This document shows positions 51,306 through 63,609 of a stretch of 64,000 nt of DNA, in pieces. Positions within the stretch are counted from its first letter, which is position 1. Each line of letters begins with the position of its first letter. The notes under the pieces were generated by a model. The model made no database searches and was not told the DNA's origin. It saw only the letters and a list, made by a program, of their open reading frames with translations. The stretch comes from Callorhinchus milii (lineage: Eukaryota), in contig NW_024704743.1 in NCBI RefSeq assembly GCF_018977255.1, positions 32,118,001 through 32,182,000 on the forward strand, read 5' to 3'. The position numbers and the translations under genes are program-made.

Positions 51306-54300
51306 GGTTACATCTCAGATTCAAAACTCCAACTTTGATAGAAATTGGACTATATAGGGTGGTCACATAGTAGTCTGTATAGTGAGATTCACTAAACGAT
51401 TTGGCAATAGCAAATTCTAAGCATATTACTTCTTACCCTCTGGAGGGTCTTACTTCCGCTAGCTTCATGGTAATCAATACTGAGATTGAAATTAAAATGC
51501 CGTTCAAGATGATGGATGCAACACACCCATGATTTGCTGTTTGCAAATTGTTTTGTTAATCTCATAATTTGGACCTCACAGCATAGCATGCACAGTTATC
51601 ACTAGTAATAACACACAATACTTCAGTTTCAAATAAAGCCACGTTTCATACAACATACACTCTCAGCATATCAAATTACAATCCTTAGTACAAAGTTTCA
51701 CCATATCCTTTTCAAACATCAGGAAACTTAAATCTTACTGTGAGTCATCAAATAGTCATACACAACAATTTGAAGAAGAGTACTCCACATTCTTTGTGAG
51801 GGTAATCACATTTGCCAAACAACTTACATTTACATAGTGTCTTTCAATAAAATAAATGTCCCAATCATATAGACAGAAATACTGATATTTAATCATTCTA
51901 GAGTCAATAAGAGTGAACATATTTAATGCAGTAATTATTTGCCACTTCCATTATAAACAAACAGTTAAATTATTTCAGCATAATATGCCATGGGATTTTA
52001 AAAAAAGCATTCTTTCTGTTTTCTCCATCAAAAGACCCACAACATTCTGATTCCTCTCTGCGGTCAGCCAAAATGATGCATACTTAAACTCGGTCCAATC
52101 TTGCTTATAGCAATTAAACATTAAACTAAGTACACAGCAACTATGGATTAAAACCATGAACTAAAAACATAATTTCCCCAAGTTCACCATCCAGACCAGT
52201 GGACCAATGTGAAATCTGTGAGAATTCAAGACGTGTACTCTATTTCTGAAACTACTTATCAGTTAAGTATGAGCATTTTGTGTTTAAATATTATAATTTT
52301 ACTGAAGTTATTTACTACAATATGGTCATTTGTTCTCAGGAAAAGCTATTTGATTCTCCCAAACCCTCCATCTATATCCTTGCAAACAATTCTGTCCCTG
52401 AAGTCAGATCTTAGCCTTCCCAAGGAGCCAAATTCACAGTCTGAAACCAGCATGGATGTTCTTCATCCATTTCCAAACTTTTTTTTACTCATTTCAGCAT
52501 TTTGGAAGAAGAAATTAAGTCTTTCCCATAGACTTCAAAAAAACAATATCTAGGAGATGAAACAAATCAAAATATTAACTAAGAAGCACGAGCGAATGAC
52601 AATTCCGCCACTCACATCCACACTCTGCACATCTATCAACTCAGGCCTTGCTAAACTGCACAGTCTCTCCGTCTACCACTGATGAACTATGATGAATTAT
52701 GAACTGATTTCCAGGGCCTCACCCATAAATTGACTCAGGCCCTGTCATTATTTTCTGAGCTCCTCCTACCTCACTCTGCTGTTCACCTGCTCTGCTTGGC
52801 TAACTTGGGTTTACTGAGTGCCTCCTGCCTCTCCACATCACCAACGGTAGCCGAGTTTTCAGATTTTACAATCCTAATCTCTGGAACCCCTTTGTCTACT
52901 TTTCTAACTCACCCCTCCTCGATCTGTTTTCACATCCCACCTTAAAACCTACCTCTTCAACCATGTATTTGGTTTCCTTCCAAATCCCCCTCACCCTGCT
53001 CATTGTCCAACCCTGTTATTGTAAAGTGCTCTGACACATTACCCTACGTGAAGGGTGCTACATAAATGCAGGTTGTTGGCAAGTCTTAAAACTACTGTAT
53101 AATGTTGAACACGCAAAATTAAACAGGTACAGCCCCCAAAATGAAACCGAATAAGGTCTCCAGCATGGATGAATAAGGCAAGGAAAAAAATTATACAGAT
53201 TTAAAAAAGTCATTAAGAAGTACAAAAGGGAGGATAGGAAAAAAGTTAAAAATAACATTAAAAGTAGTTGGAAAGGAAGTTGGAATGCTAAAAGACAAAT
53301 TGAGTATTGGAACTAAGGTGAAAGAAAAAAGTTAAAATATTATATGAAAAATTTCTGTAAATATTCTCCAAAAGGACAACATGAGCTTGCCATCCAGGTT
53401 TCTAATACACCTGATGTTCTTGAGGCTTCCGAAGTCACCCTGTTAGACATATTGTATCACTTCCAGCAGCAAAGCAATTGGGAGTGAAATGATCTGATCT
53501 CACACAGTTACTGAGAGCTGAAACACACAGCTAATCAACAGCAAGCAGCGATTTTTATCATTAGAAAGCTGGAATTTTAATAATATTAGAAATAATCTGT
53601 TGAAATGCCCCTGTCCTTGGGAGATCAATTGGAACACCCAAACATTTTATAAATACTTTTTTAAATATGGATCAAATACATTTACATCTGGGTTTAAGCA
53701 CCACTTTTTCTTGATTTGTTTTACTTCTCCAACCTTGATGCTGAACTGCATTATGGACAATGGTTCTACATTCATGTAATGAATAAAACATGTGGTGAAT
53801 AGGATTATATTGGCAGAGGAAGACATATGAACACCTGGGAATTATGGTAAATTACTTGATATCAGGGCAAACAAACAAACAAAATGCTAAAATCTATATT
53901 CAGAATGGTGGAGTATAGTCCTCTGGAATTTAATGCAATGTCCAGACCACACTTAAAGAGTGCTGTGTTCAGTTATGATCATGCCACAAAATGTATTAGA
54001 AGCATTGCAGAGAATACAGAGGAATGGCAACTAACCTAGGAGAAGACTATAGAAGCTTACATTTTTTGCAGTTTAGAAAGAAAATGAAAGATCTTATGAA
54101 TGTTTTAATAGAATAATACTAATTATTAGTTCACATTATGCCAGTAAGACTAGGGGGACATATTAAAAATAATACTTGCATTTGATATAGCACCTTTGAA
54201 AGCACTTCACAGGCTTTACTATAAAGTGCAGTGACCGGGTACTTTGTAGGCCAACAAATTTTAATTAGTGAAAAAACAGCCTCAAAACAGTTGGCCCTTT

Positions 54301-54702
54301 GCTTACATATACTTTAACGCTTACCGGTAATTTACAAAACTATGATTACTGAGCTTCGTTATGCCCTATTGCCGAGTTTACAATTGTGTCTTACTTCGCG
54401 CATCAAACTTTCGAAACAGCGAAAGAGTCGAAAAACCTAACGTTGTTGACACGAGGTCTTTCACGAATAAAGTCCTGAACCTGGTCACAGAAAAGGTGGC
54501 AACAAAGTTCACTGCCAAGTACAGTGCGTGATGTGGTTTGCAAGTGGACTGACTTGAGTGAAACTGAGTTACAAATCTAAAAGAAAAACACACACACACT
54601 TGATAATACAGATCGGTTTCTTCCTTCCTTCCTTCCCCCTTCTCCTCGCTCTTAAAATTTTCTTTTAGGAACAAAGTATCCACAAATGTCACTGCCAGTT
54701 AC

Positions 54703-54793
54703 CAGCTACTGTATGTGTTCGCAGCTGCTGCGGTGCAGGATCTTCAGTCTCTCTCTCTCTCTCTCTCTCTGCAGCTGTCAGCAAATACTGTGA
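54703..54793 (-). other. Candidate non-coding 5'UTR exon of KDM1B
   Basis: On -, a long T tract ...gttcggtgccag| acceptor and a CTG|gtaact donor; contains (GA)n. Splice-signal inference only. Confidence 0.35.
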
Positions 54794-54899
54794 CTGGCAC
54801 CGAACAAAAAAAAAATGTCGTGAAAAACCCAACGGAGAAAACTAACTTTAAAAAAAAGGAAAGGAAAACATTTTTTTTTCTCTGCCTTCTCCCCCTCTC

Positions 54900-56131
54900 T
54901 CTCTCTAGAAGTTCGGAACAGCAGCACCGACGCGAGCAATACCGGACGGCCTGGGGTGGGGGGGGGGGGGAGAGGGGGGGAGAGGGGGGGGAAAAAAACC
55001 TCGGAAAATAACCCAACCGGCGGGCGGCGAATAAAAAAAAATAACCACCGGCAGATTGCGACGCCCGAGACACCGACTGTGGGAGTTTGAGTCACGGAAA
55101 GAGGGGGGAGGGAGGGATGGGGGGGGGGGAGGGAGGGATGGGGGGGGGGGGGGGGGGGGGGAGGGAGGGATGGGGGGGGGGGAGGGAGGGATGGGGGGGG
55201 GGAGGGAGGGATGTGGGGGGGGGGGAGGAAAGGAAAGGCAGGCGGTTGGGTTGGGGATGTGAACCGTGCGGTTTGTGTGGCAGTGACCTTGTCTTTGTGC
55301 GGGTGGTGGCAACCGCTGTCCCTTACGGTTCAGACACCGGGTGTGTGTGGGGTGTGTGTGGGTGTGGGGGGAGTGCGCTCACAACACCTCTCCTCACCTC
55401 ACCACACCTCTCCTCTCCTCCCCTCCCCACCCCGAGCCTGAGCTCCAGGCCGACCGTCACGACTCCGGGGCCACCCGCGGTTCTGAACGAAAGGCAGAGA
55501 CAGAAAGCCTCCCTCCTCCTCCTCCTCCTCCTCCGGGGGGTTCGAGCTCACCGCCGAACCAACCGACAGACGCCACCCGACATTTTAATTTTTTTTAAAA
55601 AAAACCCACCCCCAAAAAAATTATTTTTTTTTCTCTCTCTTCTTTTTTTTAAAAAAAAAGGCCCCGGTGCGGGGGATCGGCTCACGGTGCAGCGAAGGGA
55701 CCCCCCCTTCGCTGGGACCGTCGTCGCAGCTACTGCTGCTCTTTCCACAGGAGCCGGTGGCAGTGGTGGGAGGGGCGGGGACGGGCAGGGGTGGGGGGGA
55801 GGGGACACGGGTGTGGGGGTAAGATGGCGGTCGGGAGGGAGCACATAGCCCATAAACAAACAAGGGGGCGTGTGTTGGGCCGGAACCCGCTCGCACTCAC
55901 CTGTGTCGGGGTAATACATCCAACAGCCCGTCCCGCTCAGCCTCGGGCTGGGCTCCCGCTGCGGCTGCGCGGCTCCTCTCTCTCTCTCCCCCCCCCACCC
56001 CCCCCACACCCCTCTTATCTTCCTCCCTCTGCGGCTGCGCGGCTCCTCGTTCTCCCCCCCCCCCCCCCCATCACACCACCACCACCACCTTCCTCGGGCT
56101 GCGGCTGCGCGGCTCCTCGCTCCGTGAAGCG
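54900..56131. promoter_or_regulatory. CpG-rich bidirectional promoter region for KDM1B (-) and TPMT (+)
   Basis: Sharp rise in GC and CpG. Outward-facing consensus donors: CAG|GTGAGT on - at 55901/55900 and GCG|GTGAGT on + at 56131/56132. Lies between the divergent coding starts. Confidence 0.75.
55100..55230 (+). repeat. G-rich low-complexity repeat (GGAGGGAGGGATGn), G-quadruplex-prone
   Basis: Four GGAGGGAGGGAT units separated by poly-G runs. Confidence 0.85.
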
Positions 56132-57491
56132 GTGAGTGAGGGACGGTTAGTGAGGGAGTGAGAGGGACGGTTAGTGAGGGAGTGAGGGAGTGAGGGACGG
56201 TTAGTGAGTGAGGGACAGGGAGTGAGGGACGGTTAGTGAGGGAGTGAGAGGGACGGTTAGTGAGGGAGTGAGGGAGTGAGGGACGGTTAGTGAGTGAGGG
56301 ACAGGGAGTGAGGGACGGTTAGTGAGGGAGTGACGGACGGTTAGTGAGGCAGTGAGGGACGGGAGTGAGGGACGGTTAGTGAGGAGTGAGGGAGGGTTAG
56401 TGAGGGAGTGAGGGACGGTTAGTGAGGGGGTGAGGGGGAGTGAGGGACGGTTAGTGAGGGAGTGAGGGACGGTAGTGAGGGAGTGGGAGTGAGGGACGGT
56501 TAGTGAGGAGTGAGGGACAGGGAGTGAGGGACGGTTAGTGAGGGAGTGAGGGACGGTTAGTGAGGGAGTGAGGGACGGTTAGTGAGGGAGTGAGGGACGG
56601 TTAGTGAGGGAGTGAGGGACGGTTAGTGAGGGAGTGAGGGACAGGGAGTGAGGGACGGTTAGTGAGGGAGTGAGGGACGGTTAGTGAGGGAGTGAGGGAC
56701 GGTTAGTGAGGGAGTGAGAGGGACGGTTAGTGAGGGAGTGAGAGGGACGGTTAGTGAGGGAGTGAGGGACAGGGAGTGAGGGACGGTTAGTGAGGGACGG
56801 TTAGTGAGGGAGTGAGAGGGACGGTTAGTGAGGGAGTGAGAGGGACGGTTAGTGAGGGAGTGAGAGGGACGGTTAGTGAGGGACAGGGAGTGAGGGACGG
56901 TTAGTGAGGGAGTGAGGGACAGGGAGTGAGGGAGTGAGGGACGGTTAGTGAGGGAGTGAGGGGAGTGAGGGACGGTTAGTGAGGGAGTGAGAGGGACGGT
57001 TAGTGAGGGAGTGAGAGACAGGAAGTGAGGGACGGTTAGTGAGGGAGTGAGGGACGGTTAGTGAGGGACGGTTAGTGAGGGAGTGAGGGACGGTTAGTGA
57101 GGGAGTGAGGGACGGTTAGTGAGGGAGTGAGGGATGGTTAGTGAGTGAGGGACAGGGAGTGAGGGACGGTTAGTGAGGGAGTGAGGGACGGTTAGTGAGG
57201 GACAGGGAGTGAGGGACGGTTAGTGAGTGAGGGACAGGGAGTGAGGGACGGTTAGTGAGGGAGTGAAGGACAGGGAGGTGAGGGACGGTTAGTGAGGCAG
57301 TGAGGGATGGTTAGTGAGGGAGTGAGGGACGGTTAGTGAGGGAGTGAGGGACGGTTAGTGAGGGAGTGAGGGACAGGGAGGTGAGGGACGGTTAGTGAGG
57401 CAGTGAGGGATGGTTAGTGAGGGAGTGAGGGACGGTTAGTGAGGCAGTGAGGGATGCTGTGCGGGGGAGTGAGAGCCGGTTAGTGAGGGAG
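56132..57491 (+). repeat. Minisatellite, core unit about 22 bp GAGGGACGGTTAGTGAGGGAGT with variants
   Basis: Directly visible tandem array of about 1.35 kb with variant units (GAGAGGGAC, GGGACAGGGAGT). Confidence 0.98.
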
Positions 57492-57796
57492 CGGGGGGCG
57501 CTGGCGGAGCGGGGGACGCTGATCGGGGGCGCGGAGCGGGGGCGTTGGGGGAGCGGGCAGGCGGGAAGCGAGAGACAGTTAATGGAGTGTTTAAGAGTGA
57601 GTGGGGACTGTTGGGCATTGGAGTCTCCTCTGCACCGGCACAGACAAACCAAAAAACCAGGCTGGGAAGTCGAGCCGAGACATTTACGAGTGACTGGGTG
57701 CTGAATACATGTGTTGCAAGCGAGTCCTGAATGAGCTGGATACTTTGGTTACACGCGTTGTTAACAAAAGGGATCCTTGCCTGGGAATACTTTTGT

Positions 57797-59580
57797 CACA
57801 ACAACAAACAACAACAACCAAATTACATTTATAGAGCGCCTTTCACATCGGGAGGACGTCCCAAAGCGCTGAACAGTCAGGTGTTGGGGCCCGAGCATGG
57901 GGGAGGGGTGGTGTAGGGGTGAGGGAAGGCAGAGAGGTGGGAGGGAGACCAAAGACACGGTCGAAGAAAAGGGTCTTGAGACTGACCTTGAAGGAGGCAA
58001 GGGAGGAAGTGAGGGGAAGGGACCGTGGGATGGAGTTCCAGAGTGTGGGGTCAGAGAGGCTGAAAGCCCGGCCACCGATGATAGGGCGGGTTGGGCGGGA
58101 GACATGGAGCAGACCAGAGCCCGATGAACAGAGGGAGTGGGCAGGTTGGTAGGCAGTCAGCAGGTCAGAGAGGAAGGAAGGGATAAGGCCATGGATAGCC
58201 TTAAAGGTGAGGACGAGGATCTTGAACTCAATCCTCTGGAGGATGGGGAGCCAGTGGAGTCCAGCGAGCGTGGGAGTGATGGGGTCACAGAGCCTGGTGT
58301 GTGAGAGTACATGAGCTGCAGAGTTTTGGATGATCTGCAGCTTGTGAAGGGAAGAGTTGGGAAGGCCGATGAGGTGACGAATGCGTGGGTGAGGGTTTCA
58401 GCAGCCTGAGGGGTGAGGCAGTGGCGGAATCTGGCAATGTTGTGGAGGTGGTGGTAGGCAGTGCCGGTCATGGCGCGGATGTGAGGGAGAAAGGACAGTT
58501 CAGAGTCAAAACAAGATACCCAGGTTCCTGACTGGCTTAGTGAGGTTGAGTGTGCAGCCATGGAGGCTGATGCTGCCAGCGCCTGAGGTGCGGAGGTGCT
58601 GGCGTGAGCCAATCAGGAGGGCCTCGGTCTTGCTGACGTTGAGTTGGAGAAAGGTGGCCCTCGTCCAGGAATTGATGTCGGACAGGCAGTCGGTCAAGAC
58701 GCCAGTAGTTCAGGATGGAGGCAGAGGTAGAGTTGGATGTCATCCACATACATGTGGAAATTTACCCCATGTCTGCGGATGATGTCACCAAGGGGCAGCA
58801 TGTAGAGGGTGAAGAGGAAGGGACCGAAGACGGAGCCCTGAGGAACACCGCACGAGACAGTGCAGGGACTAGAGGAGAAGCCGTTTGCCGCGACGAAGTT
58901 GAGGCAGTGTGAAAGATAGGACCTGAACCAGTCAAGGACAGAACCTTGGAGGTTGAGGTGGGAGGAGAGACGGTGGAGGAGAATTGAGTTGTCCACGGTG
59001 TCAAAGGCAGCGGAGAGGGCAAGGAGGCAGAGGGAGTCCTGGTCACACATGGTCAGGATGTCGTTTGTGACCTTGGTCAGAGCAGTTTGCGTGTTGAGGG
59101 CAGCACAGAAACCCGATTGGAGAGGTTCATGGAGGAAGTGAGAGGAGAGGAAAGAGCGAAGCTGGGAGGCAACGGCTCTCTCTAGGACCTTGGATATGAA
59201 GGGGAGATTTGAGATGGGCCGGTAGCTAGTTAGCTGTGATGGGTCGAGGGAAGGTTTCTTCAAGGTGGGGGTGATAATGGCTGTTTTGAGGGGGGAAGGA
59301 ACAGCGCCAGATGACGGAGAGGTTAATGATATCGGCGAATAGTGGGGCAAGGAGGAGGAGCTGGGATTTAAGGAGAGGGGTAGGGATGGGGTCGAGGGAG
59401 CAGGTGGTGGACTTCATGGAGGTTATCGTATTGAAGACAGAGGAGGGGGTGACAGGTTCAAAGGTGTGGAAGGAGGGATGGATAATTGTCGGATGGGTAG
59501 TTGGGTGGGGTGAGGGTAGGGAGGGGTTGGAAGTTGGGAGGGCAGTGGCAGCAGAGCGGATTCCCTCGATTTTGAATCTG
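57797..59580 (-). mobile_element. L2 LINE, about 1.8 kb, 5'-truncated and frameshifted
   Basis: CSLDPIPT, YRPISNLPFISKVLE, LSAAFDTVD, GVPQGSVFGPFLF, FHMYVDD; (gtt)n tail. Confidence 0.95.
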
Positions 59581-59944
59581 GTTTCGCTGAACACACTGGT
59601 TGGAAAGCAGGTTTGTCTGTCATCCATTTAATTTGTGGCGCGCTGACCTACCAAGGGTGTTTAATCAGAAATAAGCTAATAATTCTTGCATTTTGATAGA
59701 TCGCCTTTCACATCAAAGGAGCACCTCAATTCCGTGCTGTAAATTTCTGTAGTTCCATAAGGCAGGAAGATGGAACTGAAAGGATTGCTCTTGAAGGACA
59801 CGGTGAACCCAGTGGTCTCCTGTGGCCTACATTTCTATGGTTCTATGGTTTCTAATTCATCAACCCCAAACTGGTTGAGTTTATTTGGTTCAGATGCAGG
59901 TTCACAAGCTAACATGAGGTCATATAGACAAGAAAATGATAATC

Positions 59945-60080
59945 AAAACACAAAATACTGCAGATGCTGGAAATCTGAAAACAAAAACAGAAGTCGCTGG
60001 AAACACTTAGCAGGGCCAGCAGCATCTATGGAGAAAGAAAAGTGAGTCAATGGTTCGGGTCCATGAACCTTCTTCAGAAC
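59945..60080 (-). mobile_element. Penelope-like element end fragment
   Basis: ctgcagatgctggaaatctgaaaacaaaaacagaa...cagcagcatct... resembles an abundant chondrichthyan repeat (from recall). Ends in a hammerhead-like CTGAAGA..GAA on -. Confidence 0.5.
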
Positions 60081-60871
60081 AGAGTTTTAAGAAAATGATA
60101 ATGTTGTATCTATTTTTTAAAATTCAACTTTTAATTCAAAAAGAGAACATTAAAAATATGCTATTACAGCGTCCAAACCAAATGATGGCAATTAAGATCT
60201 TCACATCCACCCACAAAAAAAACAGTCGCACCATCCACTTTAGTGTATATCCTGGGAAGCACTTTGAGATGTCTGGACGACCTAATGATGCTCTAAATCA
60301 AATGCGAGTGTTATTATGATTGGATCTACACAATAGCTGGACAAGCAGTTGAAAACTTGTCACAGTGCTCACAAACTCTGCTGAACTTTGGACACCTCTC
60401 ATAAATCATAAACAGCACTTTTTTCCATAAGCATTCCTCCAGAGGAAGCCATTTTGTCTGCTTTAATGAACTGTGGTTTTGACTTTAATAAGCAAGGTTT
60501 GAAAATAAATTAGAATAATTACAATTTAGAAACTTAATGGATTACAAGTTGTCAATACAGAGTATTTCTATTGATTTAGTGAATGGAAGCTTTCATGATA
60601 TAAAGAGATCTCAGCTGGTGCAGGAATTGGGATTGTACAATTTCTTCAGTAATGTGGATTAATGAAGGAGAAAATCAGCCCAGGTTCCTGCTCCTGTCTA
60701 GGGATCCCTACGGTATACATGTGTTGACTTTGATATGTGAAAGGTATACATGTGTTGACTTTGAGTAATGATGTGATCTTGCTTGTCTAGTGGCCCAGCA
60801 ATCCAGTAGCCTTCTAATACTCTCCCTCAAGCATCACACAGAATGCTAGCCGTTTGGGTGATTTTGCGTGT

Positions 60872-62085
60872 TGTTGGGATATACCTATCCCGAGGATCCG
60901 AAATAATAACTCAACAATCCTTAATAAAGGTATAATGGTTTATTATTCACAAACAGTTTATGAGTATATAGCAAAAGAGGTAAATAATCATACTACCCGT
61001 TCTATTTAGTCTGTAGGCTGATTTCAGTCTTTCGTGTCGGCTTCTCAGGCTCAAGCTTTGGCAATACTCATGTTCTCTCCTTGTCTCTCTCTCCCTGCTT
61101 CCACCCCTCTCTGTTCGGAGGTACCCCAATTAGGGTCTCCCCCTATCTCCCGGTGGCCCTTACCTCATACTCCAGGACTAGAGGTTGTGCCTGCTTCTCC
61201 CAGCACCTGGAACACAGGCTCAGCGTTCTTCTAACGTTTTTAAACTAATAACAACAACAACAACAACAAGATTCCATTTATAGAGCGCCTTTCACGTCAG
61301 GAGGACGTCCCAAGGCGCTGCACAGTTGGGTCATGACCCGAGCAGGGGGGAAATGGTCAGGGTGAGGGGAGGGAAGGGAGGGAGAGAGGAGGGGGGAAAT
61401 GGTCAGGGTGAGGGGAGGGAAGGGAGGGAGCGAGGAGGAGGAAGAGAGTCGAGAGGGGAGCTGAAGGCACGGTCAAAGAGAAAGGTTTTGAGACCGGCCT
61501 TGAAGGAGGAAAGGGAGGAGGCGGCGAAGGCACTGGGGGATGGAGTTCCAGAGCCTCGGGGCTGAGAGGCTGAAGGCCCGACCACCGATAGTAGGGCGGT
61601 TGGGGCGGGGGACGTGGAGCAGACCGGAGCCAGAGGAACGGAGGGTACGGGCAGGTAGGTAGGGGGATAGTAGGTTGGAGAGGTAGGAGGGAGCAAGGCC
61701 GTGAATGGCCTTGTAGGTGAGGATGAGGATCTTGAAATCAATCCTCTGGGGGATGGGGAGCCAGTGGAGGCGAGCGAGGGTAGGAGTGATGTGGTCCCGA
61801 AGCCTGGTGCGGGACAGTACACGAGCTGCAGAGTTCTGAATGACCTGCAGCTTGTGGAGGGAGGTGCCGGGAAGGCCGGCGAGGAGAGAGTTCCCATAGT
61901 CCAGCCTTGAGGTGACAAAGGCGTGAACCAGGGTTTCAGCGGCATGAGTGGTGAGGTAGTGCCGTAATCTGGCGATATTCCGGAGGTGATGGAAGGCGGT
62001 GCCAGTTGTGGTTATAATTATAATTATAATGTTTTATAATTGCTATAAGGTGTTATAATTTCTATATATTTTCATCAATCTAACA
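60872..62085 (-). mobile_element. Candidate solo LTR split by an L2 insertion
   Basis: TGTTG...TAACA ends with GTGT/GTGC flanks; AATAAA on - at 60944-60939. Confidence 0.45.
61250..62010 (-). mobile_element. L2 LINE 3' fragment, young subfamily
   Basis: (gtt)n tail, ORF2 C-terminal sequence and an internal duplication in the 3'UTR. Confidence 0.9.
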
Positions 62086-62149
62086 GTGCCATGGCTCAAA
62101 CGTAGTACTCTTGTCTCTGAGTCAGAAGGCTGTGTGTTCAAATCCCACG

Positions 62150-62482
62150 TAAGGACCTCCCTACCTCTCCCTGCTCACCCGCCAACCCGTTGCCTCCGCT
62201 CGACCTACTCCGGACTTCTGCATGTCCCTCGTGCCCTCTGTGCCACCATTGGTGGCCGTGCTTTCGGCCACTATGCCCCAAAACTCTGGAACACTCTTCC
62301 TCTACCCCTTTACCTTGCCCCTTGCTTCCCCATCTTCAGGTCGCGCCTGAAGTTGTTCCTATTCGATTGTTCCTAACGTCACTCCCCCTCCCACTGGTTC
62401 AGCATCATGCTGCGCCACTGCCAAGCACTCTGGGACACTATCCTGCGTGAGGGGGCGCTACATAAGTGCAAGTTGTTGTTGA
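62150..62482 (+). mobile_element. L2 3' fragment nested in a Deu-type SINE
   Basis: SGLLHVP...GGRAFGHYAPKLWNTLP; SINE head at 62086-62150, body resumes near 62490. Confidence 0.75.
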
Positions 62483-63392
62483 CGTTCGAATGCAGCGCTG
62501 AAGGCTGTTGCCTTGTATGAGGTGCCTCGCTTCTGATGAAACATTAATCCGAGAACCCGACTGCCTGTTCAAATGGACGTTAATGATGCCACAGCACTAT
62601 TTAAAATGAGAAGGGAGTTTCTCATGGTGTCCTGGCAAAAATCCCTCACATCAAATTGGTTATTCATTTCATGGTTGAAATTATGCTGCCCCATTTTCTT
62701 ACAGATACACAAACCATTAATTTGTTTTCATATTAGCTCAGTGTTATGCAATTCAACCTTCATCAGAAAGGACCCAGGTTCAATTTCTCACCCATGCTGA
62801 ATTAGTTCATCTCTTGGGGTAGCAGTACACCACTAAAAATAGTTTTGATGTGTCTGGACAAAGGAAGATTAAAAAAAACAATTAATCTGGGCTCCTTCAC
62901 CCAGTCGTTACATGGTGACTTCTGCTGGAAAGTGCATACATGTAGGATGTTGAGTTTCACACAAGGAAGATTGGTTACCTGAATGAGGCACTGAACAGCT
63001 GTTGGTGCTTGTAAAACCACCCAAGTGAATTTCACAATACTTTCTGTCTTCAGGGAATATCGGTAGAAAATTATGGCAGAGGGAGGGTGGAAAGCATTTA
63101 TTTTAGTTTATAAAATGCATGCTTTAGGAGCTTTCTTTGCTGATACTGCTTTGCTCAGGAATCTCATTGTTATCATCACATGCTGTATTTCCAGAAGCTT
63201 GTCTGTTAGTGACAGTCATTCTATGATTTACAAAACAACCACACAGTCAGTCTCTTTTTTCCGTTTCTTGTTTAAAACTAATCCATCTGTTTTTCGTACT
63301 GGTTTTTAAAAAAAAATCCCAGGTTTGCTTTGGCAATATTGTTGGTATGCAATGCACTTGGAGTCACATCATACTATTTTCGCAGAATAGCT

Positions 63393-63532
63393 ATGAATCC
63401 TGAAGGAAAAATACCAGCGGCACAGAAGTTGAATAGGTATGGAGAGATAGAAAATATTGAAATGACTCCGGAAGATTGGCTTAATCGCTGGAAAAAGAGA
63501 CAGATCGGATTTCATGAAAACAAAATTAATGA
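63393..63532 (+). CDS. TPMT: TPMT first coding exon (gene continues past the window)
   Basis: MNPEGK...EMTPEDWLNRWKKRQIGFHENKIN carries the TPMT WxxxWxxxxxxFH motif; 140 nt, phase-2 donor GA|gtaagt; position fits known TPMT-KDM1B-DEK synteny. Confidence 0.9.
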
Positions 63533-63609
63533 GTAAGTGTAACAGATTTATTTTTGATTTTTGGACAATTTGGGATTTTGTTTAAAATTGGATGTTACTC
63601 GACCTTATA

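Noticed and set aside
55959..56118. CRISPR-like repeat-spacer pattern
   Set aside because: Only three 20-bp repeats, low-complexity spacers, a vertebrate promoter context and no cas genes.
54715..56135. Long Gly- or Pro-rich ORFs (for example 55087..55848)
   Set aside because: By-products of GC-rich low-complexity promoter sequence lacking stop codons.
56132..57491. Interstitial telomeric repeat
   Set aside because: Units contain TTAGTGAGGG, not tandem TTAGGG.
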